Assembly: GCA_002104945.1 (NCBI GenBank)
Contig: MCFH01000037.1
Location: forward strand, 310,001-374,000
DNA length: 64,000 nt
DNA from: Piromyces finnis finn
Lineage: Eukaryota; Fungi; Neocallimastigomycota
Reading direction: 5' to 3'
Shown here: positions 38,912-52,000 of the stretch, one piece after another
How the letters are laid out: each line of letters opens with the position of its first letter
Position numbering within the stretch: the first letter of the stretch is position 1
Made by a program: the position numbers and the translations under genes
Notes under the pieces: model-generated
Seen by the model: only the letters and a program-made list of their open reading frames with translations
What the model was told of the DNA's origin: nothing
Databases searched by the model: none

Positions 38912-41227
38912 TTAGTAAAGTTTATAAGCTCTCTTTCTAAGAGCATCGGTTTCTTCTTCATCAGCACTATCTTCATTGTCATCAGCATCAATATCAGCGT
39001 CAACTTCAATTTCATCATCAGCACTGTCTTCGTTATCATCAGCATCAATATCAGCATCAACTTCATTTTCGGATTCACATTCACCATTAGCTAAAACAGA
39101 TGTGCTAAGTGGTAAATCTCTAGCGTTAGAACCAGCATATATAGTATATTTACCTTCTTCTGGCTTAACATATTCCATAGCATCAACATCAAAGTATGAA
39201 AGATCGTGGTTATCAATGAAGATGGTAACTTCTTTACTTTCTCCTGGTTGTAACATAACCTTATCAAATCCCTTAAAGACACGAGCTGGATGGTCCTTGA
39301 CAACATCTGGGAAGGAAAGGAAAATCATTGGAACAGCGGCACCAGCAACATCACCAGTGTTGGTAACAGTTAAAGTAACGTAGAGACCATCATCTTCCAT
39401 ATCTCCTTCTAAGTTTTCAAATTGGAAGTCTGTGTATGATAAACCATAACCGAATGGGAAGGTTGGTTCAATACCTTGCTTGTCAAACCAACGATAACCA
39501 ACGAAAAGACCTTCATTATAATCATAGACGGTCATCTTTTCACCACCATCTGGATATTCTGGTTCGTACTTAACATCAGTTGGATAGTCTTCACGTGGAG
39601 CCCAAGTGTATGGTAAGTGACCAGATGGGTTGACATCACCGAATAAAACATCAGCAATAGCATGACCAGTTTCTTGACCTGGCATACCAGCAAAGATAAC
39701 ACCCTTAACCTTATCTAAGAATGGAACATTGACTGGACCTGGAGCGTGAATAACAACAATAGTGTTTTCATTAACAGAGGCAACAGCATCAATTAATTCA
39801 TTACCACCATGCCATAAATCTAAGTTAAGACGATCACCAGCATTACCTTCAACAGTAATGTATTCTTCTCCAGAATCGGCTTGAACAAAGACAATAGCTA
39901 AATCAGCATCCTTGGCTGCTTCAGCACCTCCTTCAGCATCATCTTCTCCATAACTAACTACTTCAATGTTATCTTGCTTAGCTCTTTCGGTAACGGCTGA
40001 AAGTGGATCAATAACGTACTTGAAATCAGTGGTACCAGAACCCCAACCAAGAGCAAGAGTACCATCAGCACATTTCATATCTTCACAGAATTTAGTTGGC
40101 ATAGAATCCTTACCAATAACAGCAATCTTGTTGACTCCCTTAATTGGAAGAATGGCTTCGGCGTTCTTTAATAAAACGTTACTGTCAGCACCAACCTTTC
40201 TGTTAAGAGCAATGTTTTCTTCAGTAAGAGTATCAACATATAAGTTAACATCTGGGAAGTTTTCCATTTGACCGGCCTTGTATAAGGTACGAATAATACG
40301 TAATGCGGCATCATCTAATCTTTCTTGTGGGAAAATTCCGGCATCAATGCATTCTTGAATGTGTTCACCCCAGAAACTGTCACCAATATAATCTGGACCC
40401 CAGTACTTACCACCTGGCATGTTCATATCCATACCAGCCTTGAAACTCTTTTCTACATCAAAAATTGACCACCAATCAGAAACAACAGCACCTTGGAATC
40501 CAAGTTTGCCCTTTAAGTACTTAGTTAAAAGTCTTTCGTTTTGAACTGAGTAGGTACCGTTAATAGCATTGTAGGATGACATAACAGCATTAGTTTCACC
40601 ATCAATAACTGCACGGTAGAATGGTTCCATGTAAACTTCCCATAAGGCTTGTTCTGGAATGTTGGAAGTAGAGGATCCACGGTTATTTTCTTGGTCATTA
40701 CCAATGAAGTGCTTGGAAGTAGCAACAACACCTTGTGATTGAATACCCTTGACTACTTCAAGACCACATTGAGCAACATAGAATGGATCTTCACCAAAAC
40801 TTTCCCAAATTCTACCTGAAGCTGGAGCACGTTGAATACCCATAGCTGGACCAAGTGCAAAGTTAATACCTCTTTGATAAAATTCATTACCTTGGGCTTC
40901 ACCAACCTTACGAAGTAAGGTTCTATCAAAGGTAGCAGCTGTGTTAATAGAGGCTTGCCATGAGGTAGCAGTACCTTTAGCAAATCTTACACCAGCTGGA
41001 CCATCTTGAAGGCAAATACCCTTGAATCCTTTTCTTTCAATTGGATCAATAGAACCAACACAGATACCTTGCATATTTTCTCTACCTGTGGTAAGGGTGA
41101 TTTTTTCTTCATTAGTTAAATCAGCAACCCATTCTCTAGCTTTAGCATCAGCTTCTTCCCAAGTTATAGCAAGGGACTTAGAAGCACAAAGAAGAGCAAC
41201 AGTAGATAAAACAGTATTGAATCTCAT
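38912..41227 (-). CDS. Secreted GH3 beta-glucosidase with Fn3-like domain and acidic repeat tail, 771 aa
   Basis: CLQDGPAGVR, GRIWESFGEDP, KHFIGNDQE, nucleophile motif VVSDW, acid/base region SGEEY, YRWFD, PFGYGLSYT. Confidence 0.95.
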   Translation of the reverse strand: MRFNTVLSTVALLCASKSLAITWEEADAKAREWVADLTNEEKITLTTGRENMQGICVGSIDPIERKGFKGICLQDGPAGVRFAKGTATSWQASINTAATFDRTLLRKVGEAQGNEFYQRGINFALGPAMGIQRAPASGRIWESFGEDPFYVAQCGLEVVKGIQSQGVVATSKHFIGNDQENNRGSSTSNIPEQALWEVYMEPFYRAVIDGETNAVMSSYNAINGTYSVQNERLLTKYLKGKLGFQGAVVSDWWSIFDVEKSFKAGMDMNMPGGKYWGPDYIGDSFWGEHIQECIDAGIFPQERLDDAALRIIRTLYKAGQMENFPDVNLYVDTLTEENIALNRKVGADSNVLLKNAEAILPIKGVNKIAVIGKDSMPTKFCEDMKCADGTLALGWGSGTTDFKYVIDPLSAVTERAKQDNIEVVSYGEDDAEGGAEAAKDADLAIVFVQADSGEEYITVEGNAGDRLNLDLWHGGNELIDAVASVNENTIVVIHAPGPVNVPFLDKVKGVIFAGMPGQETGHAIADVLFGDVNPSGHLPYTWAPREDYPTDVKYEPEYPDGGEKMTVYDYNEGLFVGYRWFDKQGIEPTFPFGYGLSYTDFQFENLEGDMEDDGLYVTLTVTNTGDVAGAAVPMIFLSFPDVVKDHPARVFKGFDKVMLQPGESKEVTIFIDNHDLSYFDVDAMEYVKPEEGKYTIYAGSNARDLPLSTSVLANGECESENEVDADIDADDNEDSADDEIEVDADIDADDNEDSADEEETDALRKRAYKLY

Positions 41228-43886
41228 TTTTATTTTTTATTATTTCTATTTTATTTTATAAAATATTAAATTTATTTATTTAATTTTTTTTTTCTACTAA
41301 TTTCAATTAGATTTATTGGTGTTTTTTAGTTATATCAAATAACAAAAAACGTATTTTATTTTAATTCTTTATTAATAGTATATTAAATTATTTTGAGTAA
41401 AAAAAACTTATATAAATATAAATATATATTTATAATTTTTTTAAAGAATAAAAGTAACGCTATTTTAATGATTTTATATACTTTTTTTAAGTATTATAAT
41501 AATTATTAGATTCCGTTTTTTTTCTTCTTGGTTATATTAAATCATTAAATTAATTGGGAAAAAATACATTAATAAATATATTATAATATAATATTTATTT
41601 TTTCTTATTATTCTTTATTTAATATATTTATATTTACATTGGTTTAATAGGATGACTTAAAGATATGTAAACTTTATATAATAATATATTTAAATAAATG
41701 ATCAACATTCTTAAATTAAAATATAAATTAAAAAAAATGGGTACTTCTTATTGAAATTTTTTTATTTGCTAAAATAAAAAGTAAAATAGTATTATTTTGG
41801 ATAAATTTTTCTGGTTATTAATTAAAAAAAAAAAAAAAGGATTACAGAAAATTTTTATAAAGATATAATCATAATAAATTAAGGACTTTAATTATAAAAA
41901 AGTATAAAATTAAGCTATATTTTTATATTATATTATTTATAATATTCTCATTTGAAATCGTATCAACTTATTTACTTACGGCATTTTTAAGAACAAGTAT
42001 TTATTAATATTAGTATTTAATTGCTGTTTTATAAGTAAAAATTGTATTTTTTTTTTCTTTATTTCCAATATACACTTTATTGAAACAAAAAAAATTAATT
42101 TTTTTTAATTTAAAAATAGGTAATACAAAAAAATAATAGTATTATTTTAGGATTAAATAATTAATTAAATCATTAGAATAATAATAGTAAAACTAGTAAT
42201 ACAAAAACAATTTATTTTTAGTATTATATAACTGTTCAATTAACTATTTTGGTATTATTACAAAAGATAATAATAACAAATATTGATGAAAACAATAGCT
42301 ATAATAGTAGTAAATAAAATATAAAATGGGAATGTTAACTTTTAACTATTTATTTAATGTTATTATTATGAAAATTTTAAAATGATTATATTTAATAAAA
42401 ATTAATTATTATGAAACAAGCATTATCTAATGATATTGTGTTTATAATATTTCTTAACTTTTTGATTTTACATCATATAATGATTAATAATTAATAATCT
42501 CCAAGAAAATTTATTAATAATTAATAGTTAAACTCTTTATTTTATAATATTATTTATATCCATCAAAAATATAGATAATATTATATTTTTGATTTGACAT
42601 AATATTATATTTAATTTCTTTCTTTTTTTCATTATTATAATTTATTTTTCTGTAGTGGATTTTTACATTTTTAATTTAAATAATTATAAATAAACAATCC
42701 GCCATTTAATTTATAATATTTCATTAAAAGAGGAAAAATAAAAAAAAGAAATTTTTTTTTAAAATTTTGTGAATTTTACACATATATCATTAACATATTA
42801 CTTTTATATTGATATGTAAAGAATTTTTATCAATGGAAACCTATTTGAAATGTTTTTTTATTGATTTATTTATAAATAAATAAATGAATGAAAAACTAGA
42901 TAAGAAATACGTTATATTAATTTTATTTATGAATATTTTATCCTCAATACTTTAAATTATAGAGAATATTTATCATAATTAATTTTAATTAATAATAAAT
43001 AACAACAAGAAACTAGTTTTAATAATTAATAAAATAGAATAATAATAAAAGAAATTAAATAATAACACCTTTTCAAATACAACATTTTTTTGGGGGATTT
43101 TTATTATTAATTATTTTTTTATTATCAAAATATTAAAATAGCTAGTTAAATTATGGATTATATTTGAAACTTTAGTATAAATAATTGAATAAAAAAATTA
43201 AAACTTCAATTAAAAATTACTTTTAAAATATTCAAAATTTAAAGGTAATGCTTTGAAAATAGTCCTTTAATAAAAAGTTTTAATAATGAATTTTTAATAA
43301 TTCCATCAAATGCTACTAAACCTTATTTAATATAAAAAAATATTTCAACCCTTTCTCCCTTTTAAGTATATTAAAATGTGGATTAAATAATATAAAATAT
43401 TTTGTTTGGCGAATTATTTTTTTTAATAATTAATAAATAATAAAATAAATTATAATATATTTCAATAGTATTGTATATATATTAAATACATTATTAATAT
43501 ATAATACATTTTATTTATATATATAGTTTTAATTAAATTATATATTTATATATATATAATATTTTGAAATTAATTTATTAATCATAAATTTTAATTAATA
43601 TTTTTTTTTTTAATTTTAAAAATTGAAATTTGTAACATTATTGTTAAATATTATTTAAAATACAGATTATTAGAATGTAAAATTCTATATTTTTATTTTC
43701 TTCTATTAAATTAACAAAAGTACGAGAAACAACGTTAAAAGTATTTTATATTGTTTTCATATAATTATTTCTATTTTTTATCTATCATTAATTTTTCATT
43801 ATATTATTTTACTATTAATTTTTAATTAAAAAATAATAAAGTATTTCATATTTCAAAAAAAACTGAATAATTACGCAACATGGGGG

Positions 43887-43917
<31 letters not shown>

Positions 43918-45746
43918 TTTATCATTCTATTAATATAAAAAGTATGAGATATTTTCCCACAAATATTTCGATTATGAATAGACAATGAATAACTATATTT
44001 AACATTTTCAAACTATAATAATAGTGTTAACAATTTCAGTAATATTTCATTTTAAAAATTAATTTATAGGAGAAATAAAGTTGAATGAATTTTTCAAAAA
44101 ATAAAAAAAAATATTTAAAATATATTATAAAAAGTGTTAGGCTAGTTTTTTTATTTTGAAATATATATCAATTGTTTTACTATTATTATATTAATAAATT
44201 AATAATTAAAAATATTAAAATTAAATCATTAAATAAGTATAGTAGTTTTTAAATAATTAACTTTGAATAATCAAAGTATTCGTTGTTTGTTAATAATACT
44301 ATTTATAATTAATTCATATAACTGCATTCTTTAAATTTAAATTCATCACTTTTAGTATTATTTAACAATAGGAATAGTAAAAAAAAATTATAGCTATTAT
44401 TCTTTATTTCCTTTTAAATAATAAAATGTTTGATAGAAATAATTTATAACAAATTAGAAATTACTACTCTAAAATTCTTTAGTAAAATTTATTAATTATA
44501 ATCACAATATTTATAAATTCAACTTCAATATTCTAAATAATAATATTAAAAGAAAAAAATGAATTCCAAAATCTCTTAATCTAATCCTTTTATAATTTCT
44601 TAAAAATATTTATTTAAATTTAATAAAATATGAATTTTAAAAATGGACAATCACTATTAATATATAAATTAAAATACAATTATGCATTACGAAATTATTG
44701 AATAATTATAGTATTATAATTACTTAATATGGGTTATTCAATTAGTTCATTTTACCTTTTTTACAATTTCTTTCTATGAACTTTTATTTTTAATGATGAT
44801 AAAGAGATAAATATAATCATTAATTAATAATATTTTATTAAATAAAACTTTACTATAATTTATTTTGAGGGTTTATAGGAAATTATTTATTGAGATAGTA
44901 TATTCCAATTAATAATTAATCTTAAGATATTTATTAAATACTATTATAATATCATAAACAAATTATTTTAAAACAAATAATTAGTTTATGCCAGGAAAAT
45001 CATTACACTTTGCAATAACAACATAAAAATTATTTCATAATTTAAAGTAGTCTTGAAATTGAAATTCCATTAGTATTTATTACAATCAACTTTGAGTTTA
45101 TATAAAAAGCGATGTTTTCTGTTTGTTATATTCCTTTTTTGTTGGCATTCTAAATTTTCTATTAATTTAATATTATAATATGTTATAATATGTTTATAAT
45201 TAATATTTACTACATATAATAATTATAAATAAAGATTATTTTTTACAATATTCAGTAATACATATATTATATATTTATTTTTATTAAACTTTATTTAAAT
45301 AATGACTACTTTTAATTACCTCTAACTAAAATATAAATTGTTTAATAAAAATATATAATCGTTCAACTTCTTTTGTTAATATTATTAACTATGGTTCCTT
45401 TACCTAACTAATTTTCTTTATAATTCTTTTTATATTATAATTCTTTTTATACATAAATTTTAATTATTTTTAACCACATATTTTATTATATCAATATATT
45501 TATAAATATATATTATATTACTATATCAATTAGTTTATTGTAATGAATAATAGATATAGTATAAAAATGTGTTTGTTACCATTTGCTTATAACTTAAAGG
45601 AATTATTCATAAAATCAATCAATTCACCATATGTGATAACTTATTTTATGTAAAAGAGAATAATAACATATGGATAAGGAAGAAAAAACACATTTGCTTT
45701 TTATTTTTATTTTTTTTTTTAAAAAAAAAAAAAAAAGAAAGAAATT

Positions 45747-45925
45747 CTTCATAAGTACCCATTTGATACTTACGAATTTCTTTTCCTTAAATTGTAACTG
45801 CTAAAACTGAAGGAATTTAAATATTTTTTCGAATACACTCTTCTCCTAAGAAGAATTTAAATATTTTTTATATACCCTAGAATAATTATATATATTAATA
45901 TTCACTAAATTATAAGAATCATCAT
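45747..45925 (-). mobile_element. Older degenerate relic of a related LINE (C-terminal ORF region); may extend to about 45560-46100
   Basis: Recognisable DNA similarity to 46640-46800; translation INIYNYSRVY, 1-nt frameshift, KIFKFFLGE versus INVYDYSSVCSKIFKFLLGG in the young element. Confidence 0.65.
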
Positions 45926-46165
45926 TAAGTTAGTATTTAAACTATAATACTTATTTAAACTTAAAGAATTAAATATATCATCCTTACTGTCAAAATCATT
46001 ATTTCTAATATAATTAACATTATCGCCAACGTTATTATTGCAAATATAAATACTTTATTTTTGTTAATAATTTATATAAATTCCAATTATAAAAGTTAAA
46101 TAAGTGAAAAATTATAAATACATACTACATACTTTTATTTATTTATAATATATATTTATGATATT

Positions 46166-46176
46166 TATATATACAT

Positions 46177-46177
<1 letters not shown>
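46166..46177. repeat. Target-site duplication, left copy (TATATATACATG)
   Basis: Abuts the poly-T at 46178; identical 12-mer at 54469-54480. Confidence 0.85.
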
Positions 46178-46213
<36 letters not shown>

Positions 46214-48776
46214 CTAACGGCATCAAATATTTTAAACTTTATTATTAATTTAATTAAAATTATAATACATGTAATAAAAAAATTAAAATTAAAATAAAAA
46301 TAAAAAAAAATATGTTTAAATAAACACAAATGAATAAAAATTGGGTATAATGTATTCTAGTAATTTTAATTAAAGTAAGAAAGCCACTATTATACTAAAG
46401 TATAATAATTGTATTTGACTTCCAATGGGACACCGAGCCAAAGATCAAAATTTTATCATGGAACAAAATTATGATCTCCATTGGTTGCGCTGGCCCTCCT
46501 GGCCTGTCTTACTGTTTCTTCAGCATTGACGCTCTTGGATGTTGCTTCAAACCTTTTGAACATTGACCATTGCTGGCCAATAGCAAAAGGCATGATTTTG
46601 GTTAGAAGTTCCGCGGTTACCGTCAAGAATGGTGTTCCTTCATTAGTACCAGATTGAATCTGACGCTTACAAAGTTCTTTCCATTCCCTTGAATTGTAAT
46701 TGATATTGTTAAAACTTCTTCCCCCAAGAAGGAATTTAAATATTTTACTGCACACACTAGAATAATCATACACATTAATATTCACCGGATTATTAGAACT
46801 ATTACTATCATTAACTAAATTACTATCTAAATTATAATTATTATCTTCACTATTGTTATCATTACTAATATTATTATTTCTATTACTACTATTGTTATTA
46901 TTACTATTGTTACTATTACTATTGTTAATACTACTATTGTTACTATTACTATTAATGTTATTGCTATCTCTACTGATATTAACATTTTCATTATTATTGA
47001 TAGGACTATTGGAATTACGTTGACTGAAAAAATTTAGTAGCTGGACTATGGAATCATAATGTTTAATACGGATATCTCTAAATGTTGGACAATCTAATAA
47101 CCAATGTTTAATACTTTGATCTCCACACTTGCAACATGGACAGTAGTTAGGACAAACTGGATCAACAAATTTAGCAGCTTTGGCAACTCTAGCATCCAAC
47201 TTGTATCCGCTTCTTGCTTTCAATAGCCAGTAGAAGCCATAGGCAAACTCTGGGTACTCATAACATAATTTAATAAAATCTTTAGTTTCAATAAATTTAT
47301 TATCATCATAATATTGCGCTTTGATTGAATTCCCTTTGAGATCTTTCCAATAAAAGTTTTTAACTGCTTTAACATCTCCATGCTTCTTTAATTTTTTATC
47401 AAGTGTCCTACTTGATTTGCACCACGTGTATTTTCTAAATTTAGGAATGTAATTGACAAGGTGTGAGATAATACAACTTGAGTTTTTCCATTTGTTAAAA
47501 CATCTAACCTGAGCTAAAGCACATTTGGCTGACAATGGAGGAATATTCAAATCTTTTGAGATAGAGTATAAAGATATAAACGATACAGCTTTATGAACTC
47601 CGGCAATCCATCGTATTCCTTTGTTAACATGCTTCTGAGCAATCCTAGACCTAGCTTTGTTGGATCCAAGTAATGGTGCAAAGTATGAAACTCTGCTAAT
47701 CACTTGTGAGTTAAGTACTAGTTTTTTGAAGGGAATAGGAATATTAGGATTTCTTAAGAATTTACTGACTGAGAAAAGTCCTTTCAAAACCTTGTTATTG
47801 AGAGTTTTAATTACTGGTTTAAGGGACAAATTCTTATCAAATGGAACACCAAGATAAGTATAGCAATCAGTAGTTGGAATGGGTTGCCCTGCTAAGTAAA
47901 ATGTTGGATCTCTCTTGTTCTGATTTTCTATTGATTCAGGACGAATCACCATCGTTGAACACTTCTGGATACCAAATTCCATTTCATTATACAATGCCCA
48001 TTCATTAACTCTTCTAAGCATCTTTTTTAAGCATCCTCTTGTTGGAGCACAAATAACTATATCATCTGCAAAAAGTCCACCACAGCATCGAGTGTCACCT
48101 AAACTGACTCCAAGATCTTCGCACTCTTTAAATATATCATTAATAAAGAGATTAAAGAGAATAGGAGAAAGAGGGCATCCTTGACGGACTCCTTTCTTCA
48201 CATCAAAAGATTTCGAGAATTGACCATCTAATTTGACATTAGCCTTAGATGTTAAATATAAATTTTTGATAAATTGTAAACTCTTACCTCGGATTCCTAA
48301 ACAATCTAATTTATGGAGAATATTACCGATTGGGACTGAATCGTATGCTTTCCTGAGATCTAAAAAGGCCAAATATGTCTCTTTATTATCTAATTGACGT
48401 CTACGGCATATTTCTTGGATTGAAATGAAAAGACTGATACTTTCTTCCTTTTTTCGAAAACCAAATTGTTCAGGTCTAATGAAATTATTCTTTAGACCAT
48501 ATTCTGAGATTCTAGTGGTGACAATTTTGGAAATCAACTTAATGCCATTATTGATAAGTGATATACCTCGATAGTTATCACAATCTGTCAAATCTCCCTT
48601 CTTAGGAATAGAAACAATACTGGATTCATTCCATGAGTTGGGGAAATCTCCATCCTAAATACGGTTGAATAATTTAAGAATAAAATTTAAACCATGAGCA
48701 TCATTATCTGAAGTGGTATTACCGGAAGAATTATTATCTGTAGCATTATTAGAATCATTACTTGATGGAATTAATG

Positions 48777-48780
<4 letters not shown>
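46178..48780 (-). mobile_element. 5'-truncated LINE copy (RT + C-terminal CCHC region, 3' UTR, A36 tail)
   Basis: Near-identical to 48781-51370; begins at AAAGCATTAATT (within FYKALIP); nonsense TGG>TAG at 48657-48655; listed ORF 46456-48591. Confidence 0.95.
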
Positions 48781-48809
<29 letters not shown>

Positions 48810-49045
48810 GGCATCAAATATTTTAAACTTTATTATTAATTTAATTAAAATTATAATACATGTAATATAAAAATTAAAATAAAATAAAAATAAAAAAAAA
48901 TATGTTTAAATAAACACAAATGAATAAAAATTGGGTATAATGTATTCTAGTAATTTTAATTAAAGTAAGAAAGCCACTATCATACTAAAGTATAATAATT
49001 GTATTTGACTTCCAATGGGACACCGAGCCAAAGATCAAAATTTTA

Positions 49046-52000
49046 TCATGGGACAAAATTATGATCTCCATTGGTTGCGCTGGCCCTCCTGGCCTGTCTT
49101 ACTGTTTCTTCAGCATTGACGCTCTTGGATGTTGCTTCAAACCTTTTGAACATTGACCATTGCTGGCCAATAGCAAAAGGCATGATTTTGGTTAGAAGTT
49201 CCGCGGTTACCGTCAAGAATGGTGTTCCTTCGTTAGTACCAGATTGAATCTGACGCTTACAAAGTTCTTTCCATTCCCTTGAATTGTAATTAATATTGTT
49301 AAAACTTCTTCCCCCAAGAAGGAATTTAAATATTTTACTGCACACACTAGAATAATCATACACATTAATATTCACCGGATTATTAGAACTATTACTATCA
49401 TTAACTAAATTACTATCTAAATTAGAATTATTATCTTCACTATTGCTATCATTACTAATATTATTATTTCTATTACTACTATTGTTATTATTACTATTGT
49501 TACTATTACTATTGTTATTATTACTATTGTTACTATTACTATTAATATTATTACTATCTCTACTGATATTATCAATTTCATTATTATTGATAGGACTATT
49601 GGAATTACGTTGACTGAAAAAATTTAATAGCTGGACTATGGAATCATAATGTTTAATACGGATATCTCTAAATGTTGGACAATCTAATAACCAATGTTTA
49701 ATACTTTGATCTCCACACTTGCAACATGGACAGTAGTTAGGACAAACTGGATCAACAAATTTGGCAGCTTTGGCAACTCTAGCATCCAACTTGTATCCGC
49801 TTCTTGCTTTCAATAGCCAGTAGAAGCCATAGGCAAACTCTGGGTACTCATAACATAATTTAATAAAATCTTTAGTATCAATAAACTTATTATCATCATA
49901 ATATTGCGCTTTGATTGAATTCCCTTTGAGATCTTTCCAATAAAAGTTTTTAACTGCTTTAACATCTCCATGTTTCTTTAGTTTTTTATCAAGTGTCCTA
50001 CTTGATTTGCACCACGTGTATTTTCTAAATTTAGGAATGTAATTGACAAGGTGTGAGATAATACAATTTGAGTTTTTCCATTTGTTAAAACATCTAACCT
50101 GAGCTAATGCACATTTGGCTGACAATGGAGGAATATTCAAATCTTTTGAGATAGAGTATAAAGATATAAACGATACAGCTTTATGAACTCCGGCAACCCA
50201 TCGTATTCCTTTGTTAACATGCTTCTGTGCAATCCTAGACCTGGCTTTGTTGGATCCAAGTAATGGTGCAAAGTATGAAACTCTGCTAATCACTTGTGAG
50301 TTAAGTACTAGCTTTTTGAAGGGAATAGGAATATTAGGATTTCTTAAGAATTTACTGACTGAGAAAAGTCCTTTCAAAACCTTGTTATTAAGAGCTTTAA
50401 TAACTGGTTTAAGGGACAGATTCTTATCAAATGGAACACCAAGATAAGTATAACAATCAGTAGTTGGAATGGGTTGTCCTGCTAAGTAAAATGTTGGATC
50501 TCTCTTGTTCTGATTTTCTATTGATTCAGGACGAATCACCATCGTTGAACATTTCTGGATACCAAATTCCATTTCATTATACAAGGCCCATTCATTAACT
50601 CTTCTAAGCATCTTTTTTAAGCATCCTCTTGTTGGAGCACAAATAACTATATCATCTGCAAAAAGTCCACCACAGCATCGAGTGTCACCTAAACTGACTC
50701 CGAGATCTTCACACTCTTTAAATATATCATTAATAAAGAGATTAAAGAGAATAGGAGAAAGAGGGCATCCTTGACGGACTCCTTTCTTCACATCAAAAGA
50801 TTTCGAGAATTGTCCATCTAATTTGACATTAGCCTTAGATGTTAAATATAAATTTTTGATGAATTGTAAACTCTTACCTCGGATTCCTAAACAATCTAAT
50901 TTATGGAGAATATTACCGATTGGGACTGAATCGTATGCTTTCCTGAGATCTAAAAAGGCCAAATATGTCTCTTTATTATCTAATTGACGTCTACGGCATA
51001 TTTCTTGGATTGAAATGAAAAGACTGATACTTTCTTCCTTTTTTCGAAAACCAAATTGTTCAGGTCTAATGAAATTATTCTTTAGACCATATTCTGAGAT
51101 TCTAGTGGTGACAATTTTGGAAATCAACTTAATACCATTATTGATAAGTGATATACCTCGATAGTTATCACAATCTGTCAAATCTCCCTTCTTAGGAATA
51201 GAAACAATACTGGATTCATTCCATGAGTTGGGGAAGTCTCCATCCCAAATACGGTTGTATAATTTAAGAATAAAATTTAAACCATAAGAATCATTATCTG
51301 AAGTGGTATTACCGGAAGAATTATTATCTGTAGCATTATTAGAATCATTACTTGATGGAATTAATGCTTTGTAAAATTCAATTGGAATACCATCCGGACC
51401 TGATGCTTTATAATTCGGAGTAGAGAGGATAGCTGACTTGACTTCATCAATACTAATATCTTGGTTGATATCCCATTCATCAAGCATAGGGAGTGAAAAA
51501 CGTTTATTCGTTGGTTCTTCATACCAATGCTCCAAATCAAGACTTACGCCACTTGGATCTGATGCAAGATTTTCGAAATGATCATGCCACACATCTAGTT
51601 GTTCTTCCGTAGCAACAACTAACTCTCCATTTTTATTTTTAATTGGTTGAGCAATAAAGAAAGAATCTTTTCCAATTTTTGCAGTTTTCTTGATCCATTT
51701 CCAGGCCTTCTTAGGATTATGACTCTTCATATACTCACATCCTGTTTTAATCCAATGAAGATATTCTTGTTTCCTAAATTCATTACATCTTTTGTGGATG
51801 TAATCAATGAGCTTACGGTAGATTTTAATTCTTTTAATAAATTCATCTATATCATAAATTCTTTCTTTTTTAAATCTCTTATACAACTTCATTTTGATTT
51901 TTTGGAGATTAAAAATTTGTTGTGAAATATGAAATGAAGACTTTATAACATTATTTGCTGAGGTAATACTGAGCTCGTCTGCAATTGAAAAAGCAGTTGA

